DNA of 63,524 bases, the filler included, from Basidiobolus ranarum (Eukaryota): the NCBI GenBank assembly GCA_040143965.1. It is 4 parts of 4 records of this genome, joined end to end, with 100 filler letters (N's around TTAATTAATTAA, not from the genome) between each part and the next. Parts side by side here need not be neighbours in the genome. Positions count along the whole stretch, not along the records: positions 15,936 to 31,749 come from JASJQH010007241.1; positions 31,850 to 47,640 come from JASJQH010007242.1; 2 more parts are not named here. One strand, 5' to 3'. The notes below the pieces were generated by a model, which was given only the letters and a program-made list of their open reading frames with translations, was not told the DNA's origin and did not search any database. The position numbers and the translations under genes are program-made. Every line of letters begins with the position of its first letter. Within the stretch, counting starts at the first letter, position 1. Shown here one piece after another: positions 28,427 through 41,883 of this stretch.

Positions 28427-30923
28427 CTAATCTTGTATTGATCGATTCAACACTCTATTGATTTGTTGATTTTGTAATTCCTGTAACTTGATTAATAACT
28501 CATTGACGCTGCCTGGTGGCTCAGACACAGGCATGTCCAAGGTAGGTCGAGAAAAGGGATTAACCACAGTGCCTCTTAAGTCTAAAGAAACTGAGCAGTC
28601 CAATTCCTTGGAATACATCAAACCATTATTGGCTATATGTCTAGAGTATTCTCTATGGTAATCCAATTGCTGGCTATTGTATTGTCCTTCTGGCGTATCA
28701 TTACTTATGGAATCTGATGATGACGCGCCTGATCTATTCACACCACTTCGTGACACAATCGGTCTGCTATTATTTGGCTCCAATTGATTCTTAACTTCAT
28801 TCATATACGGTTGGTTGTGTGGAGCTTCCACGAATGGGTTTGAGGGAATATTGCCTCTCAAGCAAAGATCTGATGGTTGTTGAATTGCTAACCATGACTG
28901 TGTATTAAACTCGGTATTGGAGTTACTAATTTGAGAATCTGAGTTAACGACCCTACGCCCAATTTCTTTGGACCTTATAGTTGGGGAAATTTGATGGTTT
29001 TTGCTTAGGAGTTCAGAATCACCCATCACAGTTACAGGAACATGTAGATCTGCATTATCAGATGAAACAGATGGATTAGAATCTCCTATGTGGAGACCAA
29101 CATCCTGGCCCGCTAGATTATGCCGAAGTGAGATCGGAGACTGCCCCTGTATGGCTCGCAAAAGACTTGCGATAGCATCGAAATTAAGATCACCGCCAGC
29201 TCCAATCAAAGGATTTACATGGTATTGAGGTTGAGTAGGTTGTGGTAACTGTTGCTGTGATGAACAGAGCTCTATCCCATTTGTAGACACAGATGCAGCT
29301 GAGGGTTGAGTATTTGGCGAGATACTCGCACTAGTTAATGCCCTCAATGTTATTCGATGACGTACCATCACTTCCAGAGCCTCATTGACACTAATGTTAT
29401 CGTAAGCTAGAGTTAAGGATCTTAATAAAAATGAAACGGTAGAGTCAATCAGGTTATTATGCAAGTCATTACCATCAAACCTGACGTTATCGCCAACTCT
29501 AGACTTCTGATGAAAAATTTGGAGAGAAATTGTTTTCATAGTTTGGTGTTGCTTTTCTATGAATATCACGACATGAACTCCCTCCATGATCAGCTGTCGA
29601 ATCACCGAGCTAAGCGATAGCTTTGGAGATATAAACAACGTCTCTGCAGATATGGATCTTCCCCGAAGGCTGTTTTCTACGTGCCAAATAAACTCCCTAA
29701 TACAATACTGAAATTAACATATGGCTCTAGTGAATTATCACAGTCGCAAAAAGACAACACACCTATCTATTTCATCCAGAACAATGATTTGACAAAACGG
29801 TATTTGCCCACCACAGCGCTTAGGAAGAAAAAACTCCGATCCTGGCAAACTCTCGGAAGAATGAAGGTTAGAGGGACTTACGGATGCTTCATGTGGTCCA
29901 ACTTGAGAACTACACATTGAATTAGAGCGCCCTATCTGGAAAAAAGGATCTTGATGACGATATTGCGGATATCCATCATGGTTCTCGTGGCTTTCGTAAT
30001 GTTTTTCACCATAATGACTTCCCCCTACATGACATAACGGTGGCTTGTAATCTCTGTTGAATGATTGATATCTATGACTCTCTCCATGCCTTCGCTCACT
30101 TTCACCTCCATGAGCGCTTGAATCATAGTTGGAACCATGCTCACCACGACGATCCCGGTGAAAAGAAGGATAACCATGACTGGGTCTCATGTCTCTTGCT
30201 CCTTCAATCTGACTTTTACCGCATATTTTTCTATCCTTTCCTCTCTCGCGAAAAGAAATCTTCTTCATTCTCAACTTTCTAGAGGATCTTCCACCGCGGC
30301 GAGTTTTACGTTTTTCAGGTCGACGATGAGGTTCAAAAACTCGGAGATCTAGTCGGAGAATAACACATGTGAGCTACTACCCGTAGTTGAACAAGTTTCA
30401 TATACGAACCAATACGCAATCCTTGAACAATTCTGCCATTTTCGTTCGCTATCGCATCGCTACAAGCGCTTGTAGTCAAAAATTGAATAGTCCCAAAAGA
30501 TCTTTTAACCATAATGTCAACTATTTCTCCGTATACAGAAAATATTTTATGAATTTCGTGTTTTGATGTTCTTTCCGAAGCCAAGTTTCCGATAAACAAC
30601 TTCGAACCTAGCGGAAAATCCGTTTCTTGAGTATGGCGGTGAAATGCAGTGGAAAACTTTTGCTGACTGAAATAATGAAGGATAAATACAATTAATAATG
30701 AGGAATAATCGCATACTATTGTATAAACGTACTCGTAAGGAACTACATAATCGTTGGTTAAGTAATCAAGGTTAAAGCTACAAATGATATGTAAAAACAA
30801 AATATCTAGCTACACACCATGTCCATTATCGTGACACTTGTCAGCGGAGGAGCACGCATCACCTATTATCAAAACATCTTCGGGGTCATATGAAGTGGAA
30901 TCTGGAATATGCTTCTCGGTCAT
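28427..30923 (-). CDS. RRM protein with R/H/S-rich linker, NCOA5-like alpha/beta domain and low-complexity C-terminus (Nab3/NCOA5-like), multi-exon
   Basis: KLFIGNL (RNP2), SFGTIQF (RNP1-like), AIANENG; IPFCQIIVLDEIDR|..ETLFISPKLSLSSVIRQLIMEGV; exons linked by GT-AG introns; probable ATG 30923. Confidence 0.72.
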
Positions 30924-31749
30924 CGTTAAACTATAGATGAAAATAAGGAAGTAACGTCAAATGGCAACTCCCCTATGATAGCCTATTTCCCAAAAAACCT
31001 ATTCTTATGAGGCACCCCAATTTACATTAGCTAAATATTAGCGGCTTTGATATTAAATAAGGTGACATCACTCCAACTATTTGCTAATCCTATCTGCAGA
31101 GGTTTGCCCTCAAATGACATCTAGCAAGTCATCAAACCATTACATAGAGTATAAGTTTCTTTCCCAAGCATTAATATAACCTTGATCATGCAAAAGATTC
31201 TCGCGAACTTGAAAATCAGTCATGCTGAATTACAATTGCCTGAGATTATATCTATATTACTATACTTGGACTCGAAGTCATGCGCGTATAGTTGCAGAAT
31301 CTGGATTTTGATGAATACAGTACAATAGATTGCACAGCATCTGATACTAATCCACTTTCTCGAATCTGTTTACAATGCATACAAACTTTGATTTGATTCA
31401 CACATAATCAGTACCAACTGAGGGCATAAATCATACTGAGCATTTACTCTTCGATTTTTCTGCTTCCATAACTTTATGCAATTGAGTATATTATGGCAGA
31501 GATCTAAAATCTTTAATCCACCAATATACCTAATATTCTATCAACGCCAAATATCATTGGTTCATACTCTCCATAAAATTTTTTAGTTAGCGAAAATTAA
31601 GTTTTGAACAGTTGTTTTCTGAGGTAATCCAATAGACATCTGAAGACAGTTTTAAAAAAAGGTCCTAGCAAGGGGAAGAAGTTTTTTACCTGCGCCAAGT
31701 CCAGTCAAAAGTGCACATTCTTTCAATGGCTTGAGGATGAAGGCGGTAT

Positions 31750-31849
31750 NNNNNNNNNNNNNNNNNNNNNNNNNNNNNNNNNNNNNNNNNNNNTTAATTA
31801 ATTAANNNNNNNNNNNNNNNNNNNNNNNNNNNNNNNNNNNNNNNNNNNN
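31750..31849. other. Assembly gap / artificial contig spacer
   Basis: 100 nt of N with TTAATTAATTAA. Confidence 0.97.
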
Positions 31850-31872
31850 GAGCGTTGGCTTAATTATCGTGT

Positions 31873-34057
31873 TTAGTCATTTTTACCTCTTCCTTTCATG
31901 ATGTAGAATCGTGATAATAGGTATGGTTCATCATCACCCTTGAATTGACTGGGGAATGCTTCCTTGAGCAATCTTGGGAACACTGAACCGTGGTACTTCT
32001 TATTGAAGGATCCGGTGCCGATGGTGTATTCGTATCCCCAGTTGGTTAATCTTGCTGGATTGTATTCGTCGGTCAAGAAACGATCATTACGGAGAAGGTT
32101 AACTGCATCAGACAAGATAGCGCGAGAGGTGGTGTAAGGTAGGCAAATTCCACCACCAGTCTTGGTACTCTCAACCAGGATACCAGGGTAGAGTTCAACG
32201 TTGTTAGGATGGCGATAGAGTGTACGCAATGTCTTGGCAATTCGAGGGTCAGAGTTAATTTCTGTTATAGAGAAGATAGTCGTTAGTTATGCATAAGATG
32301 TTTGCTCTTAAGGTTAGAAAAAACCCTACCTTCGAATGTTTCGTATTCTTTGAGATTGAAGTAACGACGGAACTCATTCAATGTGCAACATCCAGCCATA
32401 CGACTTTGGATAATACCAGCCTATGAATCGAAAAGAATGTCAGAAAAGGAACTGTGAATGAAAAAATAAAATACGCACCATCTCGACTTCCTTGAACGAA
32501 GTGGGCACCATTGAAGAGCCCAACTTTCCTGCAACGTTGTCCATACCATTTTTCAACAAGTTCACCAAATCCGCATCCGAGTAGCGACCATCAGGGCCAC
32601 GTTGTAGTCCAATAATCACTCCGGTATCAATTTCTTCAGGTGCAACATTGGTGTTCAACTTGGTAAGTTTTTGGGCCAAGAGAGCATTTACTTTTTGTTT
32701 GACCGTTTGCTCATCATCTCCAGCTGATTCTTTAAGAAGCTTGGTAACTTCAACCTTAAATTCTTTGTAGAGTAGGTTGATTTTGGATTCCTCGAGCCAA
32801 CGGGTATCTTCCTCACCTAATGGAAGTGTCAAAAGTTAGTTTGCTCCTTATTAAAAGTGACATGAAAAATATACCTAAAGCAGAATGCCATCTGTAAACA
32901 AAGTTGAACTCCAATGATACAGTGTTTCCGTTCTTAGAGTCGCTTTTCGGGGGGTCCATCAAAGGATCCAACACAAAGTCAGTATCAATGGGCAGTCCAA
33001 GAATGCATCTAACATAGTTGTGTAAAATTAAATTGGCGTAACAAGCACCGTTAACTAAGCGAGCAGTCTGGAAGAGAAGCTCATCTTGAGCTTCTTCACC
33101 ACGACTGGCGTTAAAGCGATTATCTTGGTTAAATTCCAAGAGTTTTTGAGCGATAAAGTTGTGATTACGAGAGAAGACAATAAGAAGCGCAGCAACACCG
33201 GGGATTAAGAAAGTGACACGCTTGTCAGCAAATGAATCTGGCTTGATTAGACCTTTCTTACCAGTTCTAATCAACCATTGATCTGCTTTGGAGTCACCAT
33301 AAAGAACACTTAGATCAGCGTAGGAGGTGGCATTGTTAATCATAGGATTCGCGGCGGAAGAGTGGAACAAGTCGTGAGTAATCAGAGTAGCAAGGTAAAA
33401 GAACAGTGTACTGATGTTAAATGGATGGGGAACAAATTTGTCTCTACGATCAAGAAGAGTATCGAACAAAACGTCTGGTGGAGGTAGATAGTTGTCGGCC
33501 AAGCGAATTCGCTTCGAGGATACGGTACGTGCATAAGGAGTACCGGCTTTACCCATATTTGGGTAAATAACTGAATTGTAGGAGCCATCAGCTTGACGGA
33601 ATCCGTATTCGGGAAAGACGTATTGGGGCTTCTGGATATCATCCCAAAATTGTTGGATAAGCTTGCTTTGAACTTGAATACTAGCAGAGTCATCTTGAGG
33701 TAGTTTGGCAAGAATTTGCATCAAGCGTTCGAAGGGAATATTGCTATCGAACGAAAATTGGTCAGATATAGGCCAATGTGGAATAAAAGAAAGGGGAAAT
33801 AGTTACCGATCATCCAGCGGTTTAGACCGAGGAGCGACCATCTCTTGAAAAGCGAATTTTAAGGTTCCAACGACATCAGACGGGGGAAGTTGCCAAAACT
33901 CATTCAAAGCGGTAATATACTTCATGAAGTCCTTGCTGGTAAAGAAAACGAAGGTCTTGTTGATGAAAGACAGACCGAGCAGGACAATCTGAGAGGCAAG
34001 CGTGAAGCCAAGGAACGCCATGTAAACACAAAAGTTGACAATGCTGAGGCCCAACAT
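31873..34057 (-). CDS. Heme fatty-acid dioxygenase (peroxidase-cyclooxygenase / Ppo-LDS dioxygenase domain), multi-exon
   Basis: FRQADGSYN..GKAGTPYARTV; LITHDLF (distal His); SYADLSVLYG; FSRNHN; LFQTARL; EFNFVYRWH (catalytic Tyr and proximal His); CTLNEFRRYFNL; VELYPG; ILSDAVNLLRNDRF. Confidence 0.92.
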
Positions 34058-34557
34058 TGTGTATTGCTGCAGTGAGAGTAGACAAGGAAGTAGCAATACA
34101 ATTGGATGATGCTGAAATTCGAAGGATATGTGTGGGATATTTATAGTTGTCACAAACTGAGTGGTTTGCGGCTTAGCCGCACTGTGTAGGACAACTGATG
34201 CCTAGTGTTGCTTCCAAAACAAAATGTGAATGTACAGCTTCGTGTCCATGGCGGTTGTACAATTTGAGGTGAATGCTGACGTTGTGATAAGTCCATGATA
34301 ACCTGTCTGGTTCTGAATCATTCTGACCAAAAAGGAAAATAGTTGTTTGCTTTTAATTGATTATCCTATCTGCAAGTCTGAGATACACAAGCTTTCTTAG
34401 GTGCCCCGCTATTGACTGAATTGGACTACTAGCATTGGGAATGAAACTCAGCCCTGTTGCATTAATCGCTTGTGGACAGTTTATATAAATTACTACCTGC
34501 TTTCCTCCAGCTTTGATTACAACTGAGCTACAACCCCAGCTATTTGAATTCAAGTAA

Positions 34558-36314
34558 ATGGATACCCGCGATAATTTTGTCAGATCGTCTCAACAAAGCG
34601 AGTTGGACGTGACACTTCCTAGAGCTCACCATGCTACTACCTCGCCTTACACGTTTGCCCAATTTCTCGGAAATACTATGAGCTCCGTTGTTAATACTCT
34701 CTACTACAACTACACAATGGTCTTCTTCGACCCTATCAACTTCTTCATCACTATCGGCGTCTTTACTTCTCTCATCGTGTTGATGAGTATTGTAACCGTC
34801 ATTATGGACATCCTTAGCAGAGCTGAGATAATCAACTTCATAAGCGAGCACTACGGGCACAATCTGAGTCCTATTAACTGGGTAAATCTTCATTACTATG
34901 CTTTCTCATATAGAATCCGGTACTAATTTGCTTCTTTATTTCAAAGGGAAATCCGGGGATGTTTGATGAAGGTGTCACTTACTTTAAAGATGCTTCCAAA
35001 TATTTGTCACATGTCTCTAGCGAGGATGTTTTCTATAACGATAATTATAATTGTAAAGAGAAGATCATGATTCAGTTGAAGGTGTTTAATACTCCAATTT
35101 CAATGGGTTGATTACTTTTAGCCGGTGTTTTATTTATTTTGGACTAAAGCCGTTTTATTGTAAAAAAGAATACGCGCGACTCTACGATCTCGAAGTATGC
35201 GGAGAAGTGGGGCTTGCAATTCATTAAAGCCAGTGAAATGAAGGTAGTAGGTGGTGGTCCATACTGTGGTGTGTTTGTTGGGAAAACTCCTAAGCCCTAT
35301 ATTGTGGTTGTTTTCAAAGGTATGTGACAATGTCCGGTTCGTCAAAATTTCAACTTGTAATGATTAACTGGTGTGTACGCTATAGGAACTAGTCCTTTTG
35401 ATTCTGCAGAGTGGCTCTCAGATGCTACACTATCACGCACACAAGCTAGTTCTTATGTTTATGGTGAAGTGCACTCCGGCTTTTTCAACAAACTCTTCCC
35501 TCAACAATCTGCGATTGGGAGAGTAAAGCGATCAAGCCCTTACGCTGAAATTCTCAATTGTCTTTACAAGGTAGCAAGCGAGTTCCAATCAACAGGTGGC
35601 TCCGTTGTAGACATTCCAGTTTGGGTTACTGGACACTCTCTTGGAGCTGCACTGGCAAGTCTATTCTTTGCGAGATTGATGAAGAGTAAAGGCGATCTTA
35701 ACCATGAGAAAACAGGACTGGTCTTAAAGGATGGCTATACATTTGGATGTCCTGCTTTAGGTATACTTTTTTGATTTTCCAATGTCCACAATATTTGAAC
35801 TTGACGTTAATCTACTCTAGGGGATGGTCGTTTTGCTAGTGAGTTTGCTTCTCACACCAATCTCCCTATTGCGAATCCATCTATTCTCTGGCGTGTCGTT
35901 AATGATGCTGATATAGTCACTCGTGTCCCTTCAGGAAACGATGATCTCGACACTCTGCGCTTCTTTTCTTCCTCTGTTTTAACAAACTATGCTCACATTG
36001 GCCAGTCTTTACGTATATTTTCGGATGGAAGAAACCCTAACCTCCAGTCTACTCGTTTCTCGTCCACTATCTTTGTGCCGAATCTCATTACTGGGGATGG
36101 CACTTCCGTGCCAAGAATACTTTGGCATTTTGTTAGAGATTTTCTTCCGGTAGGCATAAGCTGGGATTTCCCAGCTTTGGAAGACGTAAATATCATCACC
36201 ATAGGAGAATTGCTTGTTCCAAAAATATTTGCCGATCATTACCCCAGTAGGTACTTCTGGAGTCTGAAGAAATCCCAAGAGTATTTGACTAGAGTACCAA
36301 GATCGCAGGACTGA
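34558..36314 (+). CDS. Class 3 lipase (alpha/beta hydrolase) with N-terminal membrane segment, multi-exon
   Basis: IVVVFK|GTSPF; VHSGF; VWVTGHSLGAAL nucleophile elbow; YTFGCPAL|GD; WRVVNDADIVTRVP; YAHIG; DHYP catalytic His. Confidence 0.88.
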
Positions 36315-39300
36315 ACTTAGCTCTCCATATAGCGTTTCGTTGCTGACTTGAATGTTAATCATTCATTGTATTACTCATTGATGGATTCCCCTCCCCTAGT
36401 AGGATTACTTTCTTTACGTACACATTACTATCATTAGCTAGTTGTACAGTATATCATGTACACAGAATATCAAATCAAATCGCTTGGGATGTCTTAGTTA
36501 TTTCCTTATAGTGGAAGCTAAATACCACGAAAGCAGCCTTATTGATACTGAAATGTTTTATCCAATTGAATAAAGAATCAATACTAAATTCATATCAGAC
36601 ACAGTGAATAACTATGTGGAGCGATATTTTCTAACTAGAGCACTAGCTTAGTAACAATATGGAATACGATAGGATCAGCTTAGTTTCTGTCCTAGGATAG
36701 ATTAGACAATGTTGTACTAGTAACGATATCTCAGTACGGTAGTAATGTAATATAGCTCTACCTGTCTGCTGGCTCCAAATCTACCGATTTCATAGGGCTT
36801 CTATCTTTGACCAATCATTGAGCAACTACCGAGCGGTAGAACTCCAAATGATTGGTAGACTACATGATTTTGGTTAAGATCATGATATGTAGTATTACGT
36901 TAGTCAGTGGCTTAGCGTTGAAATAAGATTTGAGCACGAATTGAGATTTCAACAGCATTAATGCTAAGGTCAATGTGTACAATGTGTTCACTCAACGCCC
37001 CCATGCAATCATAGTTTGGGAATACAAGATTGAATATATATAAACTAACTACCAGATCAAATGGAATGGGGCCATCTCAAACAAGAAATGGGCTATGTCA
37101 ATATGCCCCCCCAAAGAAACCTCTTCAGTATAATTGAACCGGACAAATTAGAATACCATTTACCGTCACAATGAAGTGGATTTTGGACCAATTTCTAAAC
37201 ATAGTTCCATTGTTTCTATTCCTGGGCTATGCAATATATGCAAATTTTCCCTCTAACTGCTGGCTTTGCTAACCTTGTGTCGCATCACTGGATTCTTTGA
37301 ATGGATTAGTGACAACTTACATGGAAGACGATTCTTCAAAATCATATGCCAAGTCCAATTTTGTCGGTGGAGTACTGATCATATGATCGGTGGGATTAGC
37401 TTGAAACTTGTTTTTGGAGATCTCAGTCCCCTGATTTGATTGAGTTGATTCCGATACCTTTGTTAAGCGTGTGACCTCAACTTACTAACTTTCCGCCAAG
37501 TATTAATAATCTAATTAAGCCCTTATCCCGTCCAATTCTTCACATTAATCAAGTGAAGTTCCGTCATGTGTCTTACTAAATAGTGCAGAGCCGTAGCATG
37601 GTCCGTGTCGTGTGTCTATTTAGTAAAGTTCAATCGGTTAATAGAAATGTTTACGCCATGTCCAGTGATCAATAACCCTGGCTCGTAAGTCACCACTTTA
37701 GACTGGACGAACAAGTTGATCGCGAAATCCAGTTCACAATACAATTGTAAACCATAGATATTGCTAAACTGCTATCCCTGTTGGCTCTGACTCTTCTGCC
37801 GCAGCCAAGGTATCAAGAATCCAGGGATTCTTCTGCTATGGCTCTGGTCTGTTAAGTGCTACAGTCATTCGTATATGGATTCATGTCGGATACCCTAGAG
37901 TGCCACATGAGAACCGGTGTAGATCTTCCTTGTTATGTTAATAGTTACACTGATAAGATGCCAGCTATGATTCACAGCAGCATAGGAGGGTTGTATTCAT
38001 TCATGCTAACAATCTGTACTACGTTGGTCCACAAGTTCTATTGTTAAACGCTACATACTTGGTCATTTCTGGGATGATCAACTTGTTTCATCATTACCCA
38101 ACATGAGTGAAAAGGAGAATACCGTGGATCCGAAGAGTATAGATCATCATATATGCTGATTGTATGACTCATAACATAAAACCAGAAACTCAAAAAGTCC
38201 CCATCAAGCGTGATCGTGAACTGGCTCACGATCAGAGCATTCATGATTCTCTCATCCAAGCTCAGACTCTTGTAAAGAGGTCTCTAGAGCTTAACGCAGA
38301 TTGCTAAATCCGACTCAATGCCTAGTATGGTAAGAGGAGGGGTGTTGGAGTCCCGCATATAAGAAGGCAATCTAACAGTAGATGGTGGATGCAGATTTTA
38401 GTTGGATTTATTCTACAGCGGAGTATTGTGATGTTTCCAAATCCGAAACTACCATATATCATATCCTAAATTCGGGATACCAAATGACTCTTTCAAACGA
38501 AACAATAACATGTACCACGGAATGACTAGTTAGTTTGAATGTGGATAGTGGTGTTATTCTTACACTGTTGCAATGAGGTCTTTTACATCTATTGATTTGG
38601 GGACAGTTTCAGCTCGATGCATAGACAACACGAGTTATTTTCGAAATGTAAATATCATCTAATTAGGTTCACAACAAGCATACATTGAAGAAGCGAGCTG
38701 TCAGATAACTCACTTACTATAAGCTGTTTCGGAGAGCATGTGTCACCGGTTTCAAAGTCAATGAATCTCAAGTCGAAAATAGATACGTTCGTAGTAAATA
38801 AGTCAGCCCGGCGTTACTCATATACCAATACAAGGATGGATATGTTACTGGAAGTGCACCATATTTGTCACAATACTGATGCATTTTTTTTCATTGACAG
38901 TATATGGCTCATCTAACCATAGTCCTGGTCATGGCCGTATTCTTCATATTTGCTGGCTTGAGTGAGTAAATGTCCTTTGAAAATTTAATTGGTGTTAGTA
39001 GAATATCTGTTGGTCAAAGAAAAACACTGCGTCATAAATTGGGGTAAGTACAGGTTTCTGTGTTGAAGACAAATTCATATTTCCACACATTAGTTACCAA
39101 CCCAAGATGATTTACACATTACACACTTATTTATATCAAAGCTATAGACTTTGCTTCTTAACCGGTTGATGATCTGGTTCATAGGCTTTGGATAGCATGA
39201 GAGTATGGCATGTTAAATTCGTAGTAACTTGAGCACATGCTATATTGCCAGCATTCTAGAAAGTCGATACAGCATTTGCAATCTTATATCTTGTAGACTC

Positions 39301-39677
39301 CATTTAATACTTCAAGATTCAGGAAACTTGAAGGCTTTTTGACTCCATTAGTAAATGTGTAGTTACGTGGCTATATACGGCAAAATTTAGAACCTCTTTC
39401 GAACCATCATCCTTAGCTATACAACCTTATCATTTGTGTGTTAGTCACCGAGCCTGACTTAGTGAAATATGCAAGGGTGCTACACACTTGAATCATTCAG
39501 AGGTCAGAGTTAAAAATATGTGGGTCTAAAGAGCTGTGCAAATTAATAAGTACTTTGACCACACATGATCTGTGCAGCAGATATACAAGCCCTCAGACCA
39601 TTTTTTCAGGTAATTCACAAGTTGCATTGAATTAACAATCACCAGGTTAGATTGACATCAATTTCTTATGTAATCGA

Positions 39678-40005
39678 TGTTGAAGTATTTTGGCAGCGTG
39701 TTGGAATTAGTTTGGAGAACTAGAAGTGTTGGTGTTCACTTTTTGATTGGTTGAGTAAAAAGTGGAGATTCATAGTTTTGCCAAGAGATATACAAAACAA
39801 TGTGTAGAATGTGTTCAGGAAGATCCCAGGAACATGTGTGCAATGTTTGGGGCTTCTAGAGCAAGTTTGAAAAAATCTATATATCTGATAACTTTTAAGT
39901 AAATTCCTCTTGAGGATAATGGGTGATATCTGAGTTCAATATGGAATAGCTAAATACTAAGCTATATATGACTATATAGATGTTTAAACTATGTTAACTT
40001 CTAAA
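39678..40005 (-). mobile_element. Solo copia LTR, family A, reverse orientation
   Basis: Reverse complement of the 59752-60098 LTR (ggggcttctagagcaagtttgaaaaaatctatatatctga core); starts TGTTGAAG on the plus strand. Confidence 0.8.
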
Positions 40006-40989
40006 ATTGGTTACATTCCTAATATTGTGGCTATTGCAATTTGAAAATGTCTCAAATTTTGAATTTTTTAAGCAATATTGAGGAATAGTATTAACTTTGA
40101 TTTGTCACTTCTCCAGATATGTAGACATATACATTTATGTCATTTGTTATTGACAGAAAATATATATTATTCCTTGTGCGAAACCTCTCTATATCGTAGT
40201 TTTGCAGAATTATAACTTTCCACATGAGTGGAGAATCATGTCTATTATATATATTAGTATGTCAGTATTTTTTTGACAGAATTCTTTTGTATGTATAGGC
40301 TGCAGTTGCAGGTATTATTTGACAGCGATAATTGTAGTACTCCTCACACGGTTCTACCACATTTTAGAACACCAAATTGGCATTTTTTGCAAGTTTTTAA
40401 TTGGATTATGCTACCAGGTGGCTTCTTAGTGAACTCAAAACTGATTCACTCAGTCTAATCCTTTGGCTGGGATAAACAGTGGAATACTTTTAGCATATGC
40501 AAATGGTAGGATATGAAAGAATTTAGCTAGCCTGCTGCATAATGAGATAGCAAATTGTAAATTTACAAGCAAAGAAGGAAATCCATTATGAACCGTAGTA
40601 TTTTGAAATTTGTTAAATGTCCACAAATAACTGCACTTATTAGATATATGTGTTACCAATACTCATACTACTCTTGAAAACTTAACTTGTTTCTATTGGA
40701 CGCAAAAGGCGACTCTTGTCACTCTTGGATCTTAGACAAACTCTGGAAACGAAAAGAATATTAAACAAGCAGTAGTGTGCTTATACAAATACTGGAGCTG
40801 GATTGCTCATTCGAATTGGTTGCACTTTCTGCTCAAATGGCTTGCATCCCCCCCCCCCTTGAATTACGTAAGTACGGTAACATGTGAATATGTTGTACCA
40901 CCATCACAAGACCAGGTTACGCGGTTAATAATTAGAAACAGACAATATGGAATTTGATTTATTGGAATTGAGCCCGGACTTAGCCAACC

Positions 40990-41883
40990 TCAACCGCACT
41001 CAGGAGAACCGGAGAGGTAGACGTTTTCGTTCTTAGTGCCTGTTGGAAGACCATTGGTCCACATTCGTCCGAAACTAATGGAATGCTTGAGATGGAACTT
41101 CTCAATAACTGAATTGCATTGAGGATTTTTGTTATTTAAAGTCAGGTGATATTTGAGTGGCTTTTCGTCACCAACTGAGGATTGGAGTGATTTAAGTGAT
41201 TTCACCAATATCGCATCTGCGTATTTAGCATCAGTTGCGTATAGATGAGTGATAGACTGTGAACCGTTACCGGTGAGTCGAGAATTCACTGTGGCTACGA
41301 TAGAACCCTTATCATCGAGTAGTGCTAACGTTGTGAGATCTGGCTGTTCGAGCCATGCTTTCCACCATTTGAGACGTAAAATGCCAGTTTGTTCATACTC
41401 GAATTCGGCGATTTTATCGACACTGACATGCTCCATGGTGACAAACTTTAGATCTTGTAGAGGGAGGATGGAGTTGATTCCACCAAGAAACTCTCCATCA
41501 TAAACTTCATTGTCATAATGTCTGACGAAGCCAAATTTCGCATAGTTACTTTGTTGAGCGACAACCCCGTCGAGTCCAATGTTATACCCTTTAAGAAGAT
41601 TCATGGCGTACTTGAACATCGTTAATCCGTAGCCATGACCTCTATACTCTTTCAATACAATATACCATCCAATATAGCTCACCTGGTGTGAGTAACGAAA
41701 GATAGCAATGCAGCAGATCGGTTTATCGTTCAAGTGACCAACAAAATACCCATCTGGGTTAGTGGAATACATCGTTTTCCAGTCATGGACTCCAGGGTTC
41801 CAACCTTCGTTATCTCCCCACTGATAAATAATCTTTAGGCTCTCTTGGGTGGCAGATTTAATGACGAGTTCTTCACTTGGCAT
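40990..41883 (-). CDS. Bacterial-type tandem GNAT N-acetyltransferase (YitH-like), intronless
   Basis: WGDNEGWNPG..D; YIGWYIV..EYRGHGYG (acetyl-CoA motif A); IGLDGVVAQQSNYAKFGF; C-terminal ..RMW..ECG; TATAAATA about 40 nt upstream of ATG 41883. Confidence 0.88.
   Translation of the reverse strand: MPSEELVIKSATQESLKIIYQWGDNEGWNPGVHDWKTMYSTNPDGYFVGHLNDKPICCIAIFRYSHQVSYIGWYIVLKEYRGHGYGLTMFKYAMNLLKGYNIGLDGVVAQQSNYAKFGFVRHYDNEVYDGEFLGGINSILPLQDLKFVTMEHVSVDKIAEFEYEQTGILRLKWWKAWLEQPDLTTLALLDDKGSIVATVNSRLTGNGSQSITHLYATDAKYADAILVKSLKSLQSSVGDEKPLKYHLTLNNKNPQCNSVIEKFHLKHSISFGRMWTNGLPTGTKNENVYLSGSPECG

Noticed and set aside
36400-39600. Long gene-free region with short ORFs
   Set aside because: Nothing recognisable as a gene, RNA gene or defined TE
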